A stretch of DNA of 64,000 nt, from contig NC_043022.1 in assembly GCF_006345805.1 (NCBI RefSeq), forward strand, positions 9,548,001 through 9,612,000, read 5' to 3'. The notes below the pieces were generated by a model. It searched no databases, was not told where the DNA came from, and saw nothing but the letters and a program-made list of their open reading frames with translations. A program made the position numbers and the translations under genes. Source of the DNA: Octopus sinensis. Lineage: Eukaryota. Below are positions 49,365-62,274 of this stretch, in pieces; positions within the stretch are counted from its first letter, which is position 1, and every line of letters starts with the position of its first letter.

Positions 49365-49695
49365 CATGCTGGAACATCGCCTTTAGTCGAGCAAATCAAT
49401 CCCAGGATTAATTCATAGTAAGCCTAGTACTTATTCTATTGTTCTCTTATGCCGAACCACTAAGTTACGGGGATGTAAATACAAGCAATGTTGCGGGGAC
49501 AGACAGACAGACACACACACACACACACATACATGATGGGTTCCTTTCAGTTTCCGTCTGCCAAATTCACTCACAAGGCTTTGGTCAGCCCAAGGCTATA
49601 GTAGAAGACACTTGCCCAAGGTGCCATGCAGAGGGAGTGAACTGGAACCATGTGGTTGGAAAGCAAGCTTCTTACCACACAGCCACCCCTATGCC
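49365..49695 (-). mobile_element. SINE family A, abutting an inverted A tail fragment (49255-49364, +)
   Basis: Body and head match family A. Confidence 0.8.
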
Positions 49696-49707
49696 TATTT
49701 ATATATA

Positions 49708-49743
<36 letters not shown>

Positions 49744-50464
49744 AAAATGTTTATGTGTGTATGAATCTGAAAATGATTAGTTATATTTTTAGTCCTAGAT
49801 TTTCAGCGATGAAAGCCTATTAATATAAGATTCTTAACATTCAAATTCTAGTCAACACAGCACTGGGTCAGAAATTCATGAACTGAATTGAATTGATAAA
49901 TATGAAATGTTAGAGGGCAATATTGAAGGCCAAAGGCCAGTAAAAGTTTAAGCTTTCATGTTTATTTCTTTATACAAGTATCAATATAATATGTGCATGT
50001 GTATATTACCCTCATCATCATCAACCTTATTTAATGTTCACTCCTCTATGCTTGCATGAGTCATTCAGAGTTTATTGAGCTAGTTTTTGCTATAGCTGGA
50101 TGCCCTTCCAGTGACCAAGCTAGGTAATATTTCCCCATGGGGTCAGGCATATTTTTTTTTGCAGAATATTGGAAATGAATGAAATAATACTGCTTGTATG
50201 ACAGTAACACTATCATGTGATGTCAAGGTCAAGACAAACAGACAAAAACATACTTCCTATTTCCTCTGGGTGTGCTATGCTTAAAAAATATTTACTTGTC
50301 ATGATGTTTGTATATTGAGTATGATACACAAATGGCTCTTTTAATCTAATACTGCCTCTGTAGTATATGATGGATTTTTACTCTGCTGGGTGGCCATCTA
50401 TAACACGCACACACAGACACACACACACACACACATGCATATGTATGCAATGGGTTTTTTTCAA

Positions 50465-50830
50465 TATCATCATCATCGTTTAACATCTGCCTTCCATGAT
50501 GGCATGAGTTAGACAGTTTGACAGGAGCTAGCCAGGTAGAAGACTGCACAAGGCTACTGTGTCTGTTTTGGTATGGTTTTTACAGCTGGATGCTCTTCCT
50601 AACACCAACCACACTGCAGAGTGGACCAAGTGCTTTTTACATGGCACCAGTACCGGCAAAGTCAGTTTTGGCAAGGTTTTTACTGCTGGATGCCCTTCCA
50701 AACACCAACCACTTCACAGTGTAGACAGGATGTCTTTTACATGGCACCAGCACCAGCAGGGTTACCAAGTAATTTGCAAGACAAGAAATCTTTGAGTGGA
50801 GAGGGGGCACTGGAGGAGGTGATCTTGTAT
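50465..50830 (-). mobile_element. Family C (RTE 3' UTR) fragment
   Basis: CATCATCGTTTAACATCTG...GGATGCTCTTCCTAACACCAACC, with the block internally repeated. Confidence 0.7.
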
Positions 50831-51516
50831 TAGATGATAAAAATCTTTGGTCAGTCTGGGGCTGTAGGAGAAGCCACCCACCCAGAGTGCCATGCAATAG
50901 AACTAAACCCAAAACTTCACGGTTACAAAGTGAACTTCTTAATCACACAACCATGTTTGCACGTATACCACAACTGTGCCTATTAATTTGTGATTGTTTA
51001 TTCACTGTTTTCTTATATATCAGTGTTGACAAGATTTTGTTCAAGCATACTGAGTGTAAGTACATGTTATTGATAATGCCCATTGACGCAGAAATGCATT
51101 TAATGTTCGCCTTTAGTACTGTGAGGATGAGTTCCATATTTTCCTGATATAAATGTGTTGTGCTTTTAAGTATTGTATGATAACCATCATCACCATCAAT
51201 GTTTAATGTCCGCATTCCATGTTGGCATGGGTGGGTCTCCAGAAAAATACCGCAGTCAATTTTGCCTACCATTATGTATTTTGATTAAATCTTTAGCATT
51301 CAGATTACTCTGTCGAATGTAATTCTTATTAATTCACATTGTTTTGAATTATTCATGCATTATCTTGTAGCATTGAGATTTCAATGATGGGATATTTTAT
51401 TTTTAGAATGATATTGTTTGATAGGTGTGAGAGACTTGATCTGGCCAATAGAGGCCAATAGAATATATATATGTGTGTGTGTGTTTATGTATGTGTAATA
51501 AACATACATACATAAA

Positions 51517-51587
<71 letters not shown>

Positions 51588-51741
51588 GTATATGTAATCT
51601 CTTCTACTCTAGGCACAAGGTCCAAAATTTTTTGGGAGGGGGCCAATCGATTAGATCGACCCTAGCACTCAACTGGTACTGAATCTATTGACCCCCGAAA
51701 GGAAGAAAGGCAAAGTCAATGTCGGTGGAATTTGATATATA

Positions 51742-51777
<36 letters not shown>

Positions 51778-52299
51778 CATACATACACATATATGTATAT
51801 ATAGTATGTATATTTTTGCATACATATTGTTCTAAAAACTGATCTATGTTAGTAGTAGTTGTGACGCTTTTATTGTATCGCTATAAATAGCCAATGGACT
51901 TTGTTTTAATTTGTTGCCTGTTATACAATTAGCATCTATTATTTTAGTATTCATATAACATACAGCAACAGCCATGGCAAATTGTAGTAGCAACAGAAGG
52001 AGGAGGAGGATGAGGAGGAGAGAGAGGGAACAACATATGCATTGCTTATTCTCTTCAGAATTATGGTGAACGTCTGTTTGTGTGCATGGATTTGTATGTG
52101 TGGACACTCACGCAGAGAGCTTAGATAGAATATATGTTCTGTGTGTGTATGTGTCCCTATGTCTATATATAGTTGTGTGTGGAGAAGTATATATGTATAA
52201 TGTTAAAAGACATTGTAAATGCACAAAGAAATGGAAAACAGAGGTCACCAAATCCACTTCAGTTCTCAGCCAGAGGGTCAAACGCAACATACATACATA

Positions 52300-52628
52300 G
52301 ATGTTTATTTATATATATTTACATATGCATGCAGACATAGAAACACACACACACACACACAGGAAGTTAGAATATATGTTATGTGTGAATGTTAAAGTGT
52401 GTCTATATGTGTGTGCATCTGTATATAACTGTGCATCTGTGTGTGTGTGTGTCTGTACACACACACACACACGTGTGTATATATATATATATATATATAC
52501 ATGCACATATACTGTCTCTCACACACACACAAACACACACACACATGAAGTTAGAATATATTTTGCATGTGTGAATGTTAGTGTGTCTATATGTGTGCGT
52601 ATCTGTGTGTGTGTGTCTGTACACACAT

Positions 52629-52663
<35 letters not shown>

Positions 52664-52730
52664 CATGCATATACATTCACACACACACACGCACACACAC
52701 ACACATATACACACACATGTAGCTGTGGCT
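52300..52730. repeat. CA/TA/TG microsatellite field with an internal ~180-bp duplication
   Basis: GAAGTTAGAATATA...GTGAATGTTA occurs near 52363 and 52547. Confidence 0.75.
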
Positions 52731-53256
52731 GTATGTATTTCTGTTTCGCCTTCTTTCTTTAGAAGACAGAAAACGATAGAGATTTAGTGAGGGCATATCT
52801 ATGTTTGTGTACAAGTGATGCACGTGTATGAACGAAGGTCTGCGCTTCTCTGTTGTTTTATGTTACACTTTCAGTATTGATTTACATGCCACGATGTTGG
52901 CATCATGTCAGGAAAAGCAGTATTATTACAATTTATTCGTTCACTTGTGTATCAGTTGGTACCAGCAAGCCTTTGTTTTTTTTTCCTTCCTTCCTTCCTT
53001 CCTTTCTTTCTTTCTTTTGTATTTTTTAATTTTTTTCATTTCTAATCATTTCATGACTTCTTGTGCACTGGACGGTGTGAAAGTGAGAAACTGGTGGTAG
53101 TGGTGGTGGTGGTTGTTATGTTGTACCAGGTCAACCATGATAAAACATATTGGATGTTGCTTTTGTTGTTGTTGCTGTTTTGTCCCAGGTGAGCTTTGAA
53201 TGAGGAGACCTATGACTGAAGGCATTCCACTTTTTGTTTTTTTTGTTTTATGCAAT

Positions 53257-53420
53257 GAACATGCGTGGCTGTGTGGTAAGAAGCTCGCTTCCGAACCACA
53301 TGGTTGCAGGGTTCAGTCCCACTGCGTGGCACCTTGGGCAAGTGTCTTCTACTATAGCCTCGGGCCGACCAAAGCCTTGGGAGTGGATTTGGTAGATGGA
53401 AACTGAAAAAAGCCCGTCTA

Positions 53421-53475
<55 letters not shown>

Positions 53476-54225
53476 TTGTGTGTCTGTGTTTGTCCCCCTA
53501 GCATCGCTTGACAACTGATGCTGGTGTGTTTACGTCCCCGTCACTTAGCGGTTCGGCAAAAGAGACCGATAGAATAAGTACTGGGCTTACAAAAGAATAA
53601 GTCCCGGGGTCGAGTTGCTTGATTAAAGGCGGTGCTCCAGCATGGCCGCAGTCAAATGACTGAAACAAGTAAAAGAGTAAAGAGAGAACATGCGTGGCTG
53701 TGTGGTAAGAAGCTCGCTTCCGAACCACATGGTTGCAGGGTTTCAGTCCCACTCAATGCTATCGTGGACAAGTGTCTTCTACCATAACCTCGGGCTGACC
53801 AAAGCCTTGTAAGTGGATTTGGTTGACAGAAACTGAAAGAAATCCATCAAGAGGCTTGATTCCCAACCACATGATTCTGGGTTCAGTCCCACTCAGTGTC
53901 AACTTGGGCAAGTGTCTTCTACTATAGCCTTCAGTTGACTAAAGCCTTGTGAGTGGATTTGGTAGGCAGAAACTGAAAGAAGCCTGTTGCGTATATGTGT
54001 GTGTTTGTGGCCCGCTCCCCCAACACAGCTTGACAACCTGTGTTAGTGTGTTTACATCCCCGTAACATAGCAGTTTGGCAAAAGAGACCGATAGAATAAG
54101 TACTAGGTTTAAAATAAAAATGAGTATTTTGGGGTCAATCCCATTTGACTGAAAATTCTTCAAGGCGGTGCCCCAGCCTGGTCACAGTCTAATGATTGGA
54201 CTGAATGAGTAAAAGGTAAAAAGAT
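53257..54225 (+). mobile_element. Three tandem family A SINEs, the first young
   Basis: Heads at 53257, 53686 and about 53860. Confidence 0.85.
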
Positions 54226-54549
54226 GGAACTCACAACCACGTCATTTAAGAGTATGAGGTTTTCTTACGCAGTTGTTTTGGTGCCGTCTGTTTAGCATTG
54301 GTAATTCGATGCTGACTTAAGTGACATCAGATGTTTTGATGTTTCTCTACTCCTTCTCTTCCTCCTTTCCACACTTGGCACGTTTGTGTGTACGAGCATA
54401 TTTCCTCTTTATGCATATGTTGAAGGAGACATTGTTCATATCAATCATCTTCAATTAATAAATTGTAATCTCTGTCTGTGTGTCTCTCTCTGTCTCTGTC
54501 TGTCTGTCTGTTTGTCTCTCTCTCTCTCTCTGTCAAACAAATCGACCCT

Positions 54550-55160
54550 AGAACTTTAGTCGAACAAATTGACCCCAGGACTTATTCTTTGTAAGCTTAG
54601 TACTTATTCTATCGGTCACTTTTGCCAAACCCCTAAATTACGGAGATGTAAACATACCAACATTAGTTGTCAAGTGACAGTGTGGGGACAAACACAGACA
54701 CACAAACATATACATATATACAACGGGCTTCTTTTCAGTTTCCATTTACCAAAGCCACTCACAAGGCTTTGCTTGGCCTGAGGCTATAGTAGAAGACACT
54801 TGCCCAAGGTGCTACGCAGTGGAACTGAACCCAGAACCATGTGGTTGGGAAGCAAGCTTCTTACCACACAGCCACACACACTCACGCACACACGTATGTA
54901 TGTATGTATGTATGTATGTATGTATGTATGTATGTATATCTATATGTTTGTCTCCACACCATCGCTTGACAACCAGTGTTGGTGTGTTTATGTCCCCGTA
55001 ACATAATGGTTTGGCAAGAGAGACTGATAGAGTAAGTATTAGGCTTACAAAGAATAAATTCTGGGGTTGATTTCTTTAACTAAAAAGCGAAAAACCTTCT
55101 AAGGTGGCGCTCCAGCATGGCTGCAGTCAAATGACTGAAACAAGTAAAAGAATAAAAGAA
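54550..55160. mobile_element. Inverted pair of family A SINEs (54550-54875 minus, 54950-55160 plus)
   Basis: Both match family A; their 3' halves are mutually complementary. Confidence 0.8.
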
Positions 55161-55489
55161 TATATATTCAAGGCTGAGAAACACTAAACTATACCCTTCA
55201 AGGGCAATGCTCCAGCGTGGCCACAATCCAATGACTGAAACAAGTAAAACACAAAAAGGAAAAGAACTATTCAGCAAGTGAAAAGGATTTAGATAAAATT
55301 TAGTTTTTGGAGATTCCTGCTACTAATTGGTGAAAGTCGTTAACAATTTAGATCTCAAATATCAGCCTAATTAGCTGGAAAAACTCTTTTGGGAATAGAT
55401 TTTATTTTTTTTTATATTATAATCTATTTTGGCCTTCATAATTAGGTTAAGGCTTAACTGCAGTTGAATCACATCTTGACCTGGCTTAC

Positions 55490-55854
55490 ACTGAAATGTA
55501 TGTATGTATATATATGTGTACTTGTATGTGAATGTATATATATATATATATATATATATATGCAAATATGTATATGTGTATCTATGTATTTAGATGTGTG
55601 TGTATATTTATATATGTGTGTGTATATATGTATATGTGCATGTATATATTTGTGTGTGTGCGTATATATATATATATATATATATTTATGTGTTTGTGTG
55701 TGTGTATATATATTTATACGTTCATGTATATGTGTATATATGCATATGTGTGTGCATACACACGTATATATAATTGTGTGTGTGTATATATGTATGTATT
55801 TATATGCACACACACATATATATATACACAGACACATACATATATGTATGTATG

Positions 55855-55905
<51 letters not shown>
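55490..55905. repeat. (TA)/(TG) microsatellite field
   Basis: Directly visible. Confidence 0.95.
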
Positions 55906-56186
55906 TTATAATTTGTTTTTGTGTATTTGCTGAAGTGCCTTGAAGAGAGTTTAATGGATTTATTGAAATCTCTGCATTGTTTCAACGTTCTTTTTACTTG
56001 TTCTTTACCATTTTACTCTGTTGCTTTCTTCAACAACCTATTCACTAATTGGTAGGTCATGTATGTATGTGTGTATGAATGAGATCGTCATGGGGTTGGA
56101 TTTGTAGGGCTTGTTCTTACTTTAGTGGGTTTGCAGCATTGAACTCTTCCTCTGGATTGTACATAAGTAGCATTTTTTTTTAAATT

Positions 56187-56590
56187 AGGAGTGGCTGTGT
56201 GGTAAGTAGCTTGTTTACCAACCACATGGTTCCGGGTTCGGTCCCACTGCGTGGCACCTTGGGCAAGTGTCTTCTACTATAGCCTAGGGCCAACCAAAGC
56301 CTTGTGAGTGGATTTGGTAGACGGAAACTGAAAGAAGCCCATTGTATATATGTATATATATATATGTGTGTGTGTTTGTGTGTCTGTGTTTGTGCCCCTA
56401 GCATTGCTTGACAACCGATGCTGGTGTGTTTACGTCCCCGTAACTTAGCGGTTCGGCAAAAGAGACCGATAGAATAAGTATTGGGCTTACATAAGAATAA
56501 GTCCTGGGATCGATTTGCTCGACTAAAAGGTGGTGCTCCAGCATGGCCACAGTCAAATGACTGAAACAAGTAAAAGAGTAAAAGAGAGTA
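56187..56590 (+). mobile_element. SINE family A, full-length, young
   Basis: AGGAGTGGCTGTGTGG head to the (TAAAAGAG)n tail. Confidence 0.9.
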
Positions 56591-56619
56591 GAGTATATAT
56601 ATATATATTGTGTGTATTT

Positions 56620-56980
56620 GTAATCATCTAACATTTTCTCCGTTTTCTCATTTTTTGGGTCCGTGTTGTCATACATATTTGCTTTCTTCCTAAAATTCAA
56701 TGCCATGAGATTAGATTTTTGGGGCCTACCAGTTTTGAACAGTCTCAAGTGTAACAGGCCGAAACTGTATTGATGATTGGAAGCTTGACTTTAAGGGTGT
56801 CATAAAAGGCCTGGTTTGAGGCCCAACCTTCTGAGTTCTTTTACAGGGCTTAGAAAAACTGAAGGACCGCTTCAATTTCTCATTGTAAAATGCCAAGGCT
56901 GATTCCTTCTGATGGTGCATTGTTTTTAAACTTCCTTTAGCACCCGTCTGATCTTGCAGTTTATTTCTTGGCTACTTAGA
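56620..56980 (-). pseudogene. Possible decayed CR1/L2-like LINE ORF2 fragment
   Basis: IQFRPVTLETVQN..PKI*SHGI loosely resembles F.FRPVT..EV...L.PKKS.G.D; interrupted by stops. Confidence 0.3.
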
Positions 56981-57662
56981 GTGTAAAGTACAAGACATGA
57001 CTGTGCCAAGCTCATGTGTCTGTTTTGGTGTAGTTTCTATGACTGGATGCCTTTCCTCATGCCAACCACTTCACAGAGTGTACTGGGGACTTTTTATGTA
57101 GTGCCAGCAGCATTGAGGTCACCAAGTTACTTACCCATTTACAGCAGAGCATAGTGGATCGATATGAAATGAAGTGTTTCATCTCTTTGGGATTGAAACC
57201 ACAATGTTTAACCACGAAGCTATGCACCTTTGCCTCAGCTGGCCATATCCAGCTAAAATATTCTCACTGTTTTACGTTCAAAATGGCCAGATTCAGCCTT
57301 TCACACTTGTCCTACAATGTCATTCAAAAAATAAACTATCACATCATCAAAATCTCAAAGCTACAAGATGATAAATGATTAGTTTACAGTAATTTGAATA
57401 AATATACATGACATTCGTCAGAGTAACCTAAATGCTAAAGGATTAATTAACAAAAAGACACATCTTCAATTAGTGTACTCCTATATACCCCTAAAAATGA
57501 CAGGACTAAGATTATAATAGTTTCCCTAAACGAGATAGTTGTACATCACAGGATTACCCATTTACACCTGAATCAAGGTGAAATGAAGTGTTTTGCTCAA
57601 GAATACACCTGGTCTGGGAATTGAAACATCAATCTTGCAATTGAGAGTGCAATGCCTTAACT

Positions 57663-57974
57663 CGGGGGTCTGCGAACTGGTGTAAATTACCTCAAGTGGG
57701 GTAAAAATGAAATTCTTGGTGGGTAGTGAGGATGCATTAGATGTTTGTGAAATCACATAAAAAATGTGTTCCTTGTTACAACAGAAATTTTTCTTCTTGC
57801 AACATTGCATCTGTCCAGTGTAATGGATGTGTAAATAGATTCTTATAAATAGATTCCATAAACCTTTTGAATTCAAAGAATCTATGATTTTCTTCCTTTC
57901 AAATCAAGTGGGGTGATGTTGGCGTAAATAAATATATTTTGGGGTAATTGGGTAAAACAGTTCTCCGACCCCTG
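57663..57974. mobile_element. hAT-like MITE with 8-bp TSD inside a SINE head
   Basis: CGGGGGTCTGCGAAC ... GTTCTCCGACCCCTG; flanks CCTTAACT / CCTTAACC. Confidence 0.85.
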
Positions 57975-58314
57975 CCTTAACCACTAGGCTATGCACCTTC
58001 ACCTAATTACAATTACTGGATGGTTATGGCTGGAGTGTCCTTTGACCTTGTGCATATTGTGTCAGGATTGTTGTGAAAGCTAAACAACAACAACAGCAAC
58101 AGCAACAACAATAAACTTCATTTGTTTCTGTTCTTTGATATTTCTTGCTTTCTTCTCAATTGCATGGCCTAACTGTCTGTAATCAGATCTTGCCAATCTG
58201 TTGTAAAACTTTTGATGTTTACTGAAAGAAGTCCGTTAATAAGAGCAATTAATTATGTCTGATGAATGATGAACTCTTGTATGTCTTCTTCAATAATAAT
58301 AATAATGATGATGA

Positions 58315-58876
58315 TAAATGCCCTGATGCAGTACCAGGCAGTGACTCTCATGGCTTCTGATCTTAACTGATTGGAAGTGTTATCATGTACATTGTTTTGT
58401 CTTGGTATAAAAGATGGGCTACAGCAAATATTCTACTCAATACCACAGATTTGCTTGTCAGTTGTTTGACCTTAACCAGTTGACCATGCTCCGTAGTGGC
58501 TGACAATATATGCATATCTGATCATGGGCAGAAGTAGTGGGGAAGCATCATAGCCATATGTTGAAAGGAATTCTTTGGGGCTTGGATAATTCATCTTTGG
58601 AAACATGGGTGTTTTATTCAACATCCTTAAACAACCCTTATTCAGGGACCTTTTGAGCAGGATGGGCTACTCGACCTGAAGAAAATTCTAACTGGGCCCC
58701 ACCTGCAAGGTCATGCGCTGTTTATCTTGATATGAGATCGCCATGTTGCACACATATGGTTGTGATGCATGTGCCTGGTGTACCCTTATCAGACGGGTAG
58801 TCAAGATGGGTATACTGGGCTTCGTATATATTTTATCCCAGTGTCACTTTGATGGCATGCACTGCTCTCTCACTCA
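58315..58876 (-). mobile_element. ~560-bp non-coding interspersed element sitting between trinucleotide tracts
   Basis: Complex sequence with no ORF, bounded by (AAT/GAT)n and (CAT)n; recalled as a common octopus repeat, not verified. Confidence 0.45.
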
Positions 58877-59097
58877 CTAATCATCATCATCATCATCATC
58901 GTCGTTTAACGTCTGCTTTCCATGCTAGCATGGGTTGGATGGTTCAACTGGGGTCTGGGAAGCCAGGAGGCTGCACCAGGCCCAGTCTGATTTGGCAGTG
59001 TTTCTACAACTGGATGCCCTTCCTAATGCCAACCACTCCATGAGTGTAGTGGGTGCTTTTTATGTGCCACCGGCACAGGTGCCAGACAAGGCTGGCA

Positions 59098-59112
<15 letters not shown>

Positions 59113-59130
<18 letters not shown>

Positions 59131-59343
59131 TTCTTTATTGGCACAAAGCCAGTGATTTTGGGAGGTAGGTAAGTTGATTACATCGACCTCAGTACTTGAC
59201 TGGTACTTATTTTATTGACTCCAAAAAAGCTGAAAGGCAAAGTTGATGTTGGTAGAATTTGAACTCAGAACATCTTCAAGATGGACGAAATGCTGCTAAG
59301 CATTTTGCCAGGCGTGCTAACGATTCTGCCAGCTCACCACCTT
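59113..59343 (-). mobile_element. SINE family B
   Basis: Head-to-tail match with an (ATT)n tail. Confidence 0.8.
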
Positions 59344-59516
59344 AATAATAGTTATAATAATGATGATCCTTTCTATTAAAGTCACAAGTCCTGGAATTTT
59401 GTGGGAAATTTTGTGTTTCATTGGTACTTAATTTATCAACCCTGATAGGATGAAAGGCAATGGGCCAACTTTGTCACATTCTGTGCCATGTTGAATCTCT
59501 GTGAGAACTATGTTAA

Positions 59517-59904
59517 CCCTTTCGTTACCAACCCGGCTGAAACCAGCTCTGGCTCTGAGTACAAATGTCTTGTTTTCATAAGTTTTGAATTAAAATCTTC
59601 CACTAAACCTTAGTCACAGTTTATGTTCCTAACACTAGCTTAATGATAACTAAGTTATTTTACTAAATTCTTCGTTATATATAAAATTAATTGAAAAAAA
59701 ACACAGAGCATCTCAACAGAAATATGGTAACAAATGTCTTGTTTTCCCAAGTTTTGAATTAAAATCTTCCACAAAACCTTAGTCACAGTTTATGTTCCTA
59801 ACACTAGCTTAATGATAACTAAGTTATTTTCTAAATTCTTTGCTTTGTTTAAAGTAATTGAAAGAAACACAGAGCATCCCAAAATAAATACATTAACAAA
59901 AGGA
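59517..59904 (+). mobile_element. piggyBac-like MITE with duplicated right part, inserted in a family D SINE
   Basis: TTAA|CCCTTTCG...AAAAGGA|TTAA; 59562-59730 is repeated from 59731. Confidence 0.85.
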
Positions 59905-60144
59905 TTAAGGGTACATGTGCTTGTGGAGTGCTCAGCTACTTAAACATTAATTTCACAAGCTGTTCCATTGATTGGATGAACTGGAACCTTAATTGTTGTA
60001 AATGACGGAGTACCAGTTCAAAGTTTGATTTTATTCAGTAGGGCTCTAATTTGTAAACATGAACATTTTACTGTAACAAGCAGCTCATATTAAGAAAAAA
60101 AAGAATTAAAAAAAAGTGAACAAGATGGATACAGTTCTCTTTTC

Positions 60145-60545
60145 TCTTTTTCTCTTTTACTTGTTTCAGTCATTTGACTGCAGCCATGCTGGAGCACCAC
60201 CTTTAGTCGTGCAACTCAACCCTGGGACTTATTCTTTGTAAGCCCAGTACTTATTCTATCGGTCTCTTTTGCCGAACCGCTAAATGACGGGGATATAGAC
60301 ACACCAGCATCAGTTGTCAAGCAATGCTAAGGGGACAAACACAGACACACAGACATACACGCACACATATATACATATATACGACGGGCTTCTTTCAGTT
60401 TCGGTCTACCAAATCCACTCACAAGGCTTTGGTCGGCTCGAGGCTCTGATAGATGACACTTGCCCAAGGTGCCACATAGTGGGACTGAACCCGGAACCAT
60501 GTGGTTGGTAAGCAAGCTACTTACCACACAGCCACCCCTGTGCCT
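60145..60545 (-). mobile_element. SINE family A, full-length
   Basis: Tail-to-head match. Confidence 0.9.
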
Positions 60546-61384
60546 ATTCTGAAAAGTAGCACAGTCATCTGTTTGTGACCCCATACGGCAATCTCGCTTG
60601 TCTAAAGACTATTTAGTTATGTAGTTTCAGTTTCATATTTGACAGTCCGGACAACAAAGGAAAAAATGTGAAAAAAAAATACCAAAAGACACTATGAGTG
60701 ATGATGTTTATTGATTTTGACCATTTAATTTGATTGATGTTAGAATCTCAGTGCCCGATTGTGAATACTTTCATTTTGCTGTTTCAATTCTCTTATGTCG
60801 TAATGTCTCGATTTCATTGTGGCTGGCTCTGGCCACTAGCATTGTTCTCTTTTTCTACATTTGCATTTTATTAGTTTTTTTGTTTGTTTTTGTAATTTTT
60901 TTTTTACATGGCATTATGCTTTTTTTTCCCCACTTCAACACAACATCTTTCTCTCTCTCTCTTCTCTTCTTTCTGTCTTTCCATCCCTCTGGGAATAGCC
61001 ACGTATCTCTTCTCCTGCAAGACACTGTTTTCACTTCTTATATCATACTCTCATCACTTGACACAGAGCTGCCTCCATCAATACTACCCACCCCTTCAAT
61101 TGAGAGGTCTCAGCAACCCCACAGGTGCAGGTATTATGCAAAAAACACCCAGCTCACTCTCTAAAGTGGTTGGCACTAGGGAGGTTATCCAGTTGTAGAT
61201 ATCTTTCCAAAGCTGACTGAGCTTGGCGCTGTGCTCTTGTGCCCCAGCACCTGTCAAACTGTCTAACCCATACCAGCATGGATAATGGATATTAAATAAT
61301 AATCACTCTTTCTCTCTCCCTCTCTGGGTAACCATGTATCTCCTCTAAAGCAAGACGCCTGTTTTTGACTCACTGTCTCTCTTA

Positions 61385-61610
61385 TTTCTTTACTGCCTAC
61401 AAGGGGATACACAGAGGGGACAAACAAGGACAGACAAATGGATTAAGTCGATTACATCAACCCCAGTGAGTAACTGGTACTTGATTTATCGACCTCGAAA
61501 GGATGTAAGGCAAAGTCGACCTCGGTGGAATTTGAACTCAGAACATAACGGCAGACGAATTACCGCTATGCATTTCACCTGGTGTGCTAACGATTCTGCC
61601 AGCTCACTGC
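61385..61610 (-). mobile_element. SINE family B
   Basis: Head-to-tail match. Confidence 0.85.
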
Positions 61611-61782
61611 CATGCTGTGTGTGTGTGTGTGTATGTCTGCATATGTATGTTATGTGTGTGCGTATAAGTGTATGTACATATATGTGTGTATATGTTTATA
61701 TGAGCATGTGTGTGTATGTTATATATATCTGTATAAGTGTGTGTATATATATATATATATATATATTGTGTATATATATGTT

Positions 61783-61818
<36 letters not shown>

Positions 61819-62274
61819 ATATATATATAAAATATCATACCACAATATCATATATATATATCATGTGAATGATGCTTGGAAAAGACTGCCTAAGGACAGA
61901 CAATACTGCTAATGCTAATGAATGATGTCATTAGAGATAGACAGTTCAGCATCAGTAAGTATGTCTCTACGTCTCATAGAACTTAATAACTGTTCAGAAA
62001 CTGAAAGGAAAATAAAAAACCAAAGTATAGCTATTGAGTAAATAATGAATACAAATGAACAGCCAAAGGGAGTGGAGATGGAGTACATTGTATCAGCTAT
62101 TTGTTCAGCAATGTTGTCATGGTGTAAGGGTTGTGTTGGTTTTGTTTATCCCTGGGTTAATCTTGATCAAAATCTGGCACATGGTTGCATAATCAATGCT
62201 ATTTTGAATTTGATCACCGTTTTCTGTAATTTCATGTCTTCATATATTCAACTTGGTTTTTTTCATTGTGTATT

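Noticed and set aside
61900-61960. Strong + donor CATCA|GTAAGT at 61955
   Set aside because: No adequate upstream acceptor; only a short uninformative frame.
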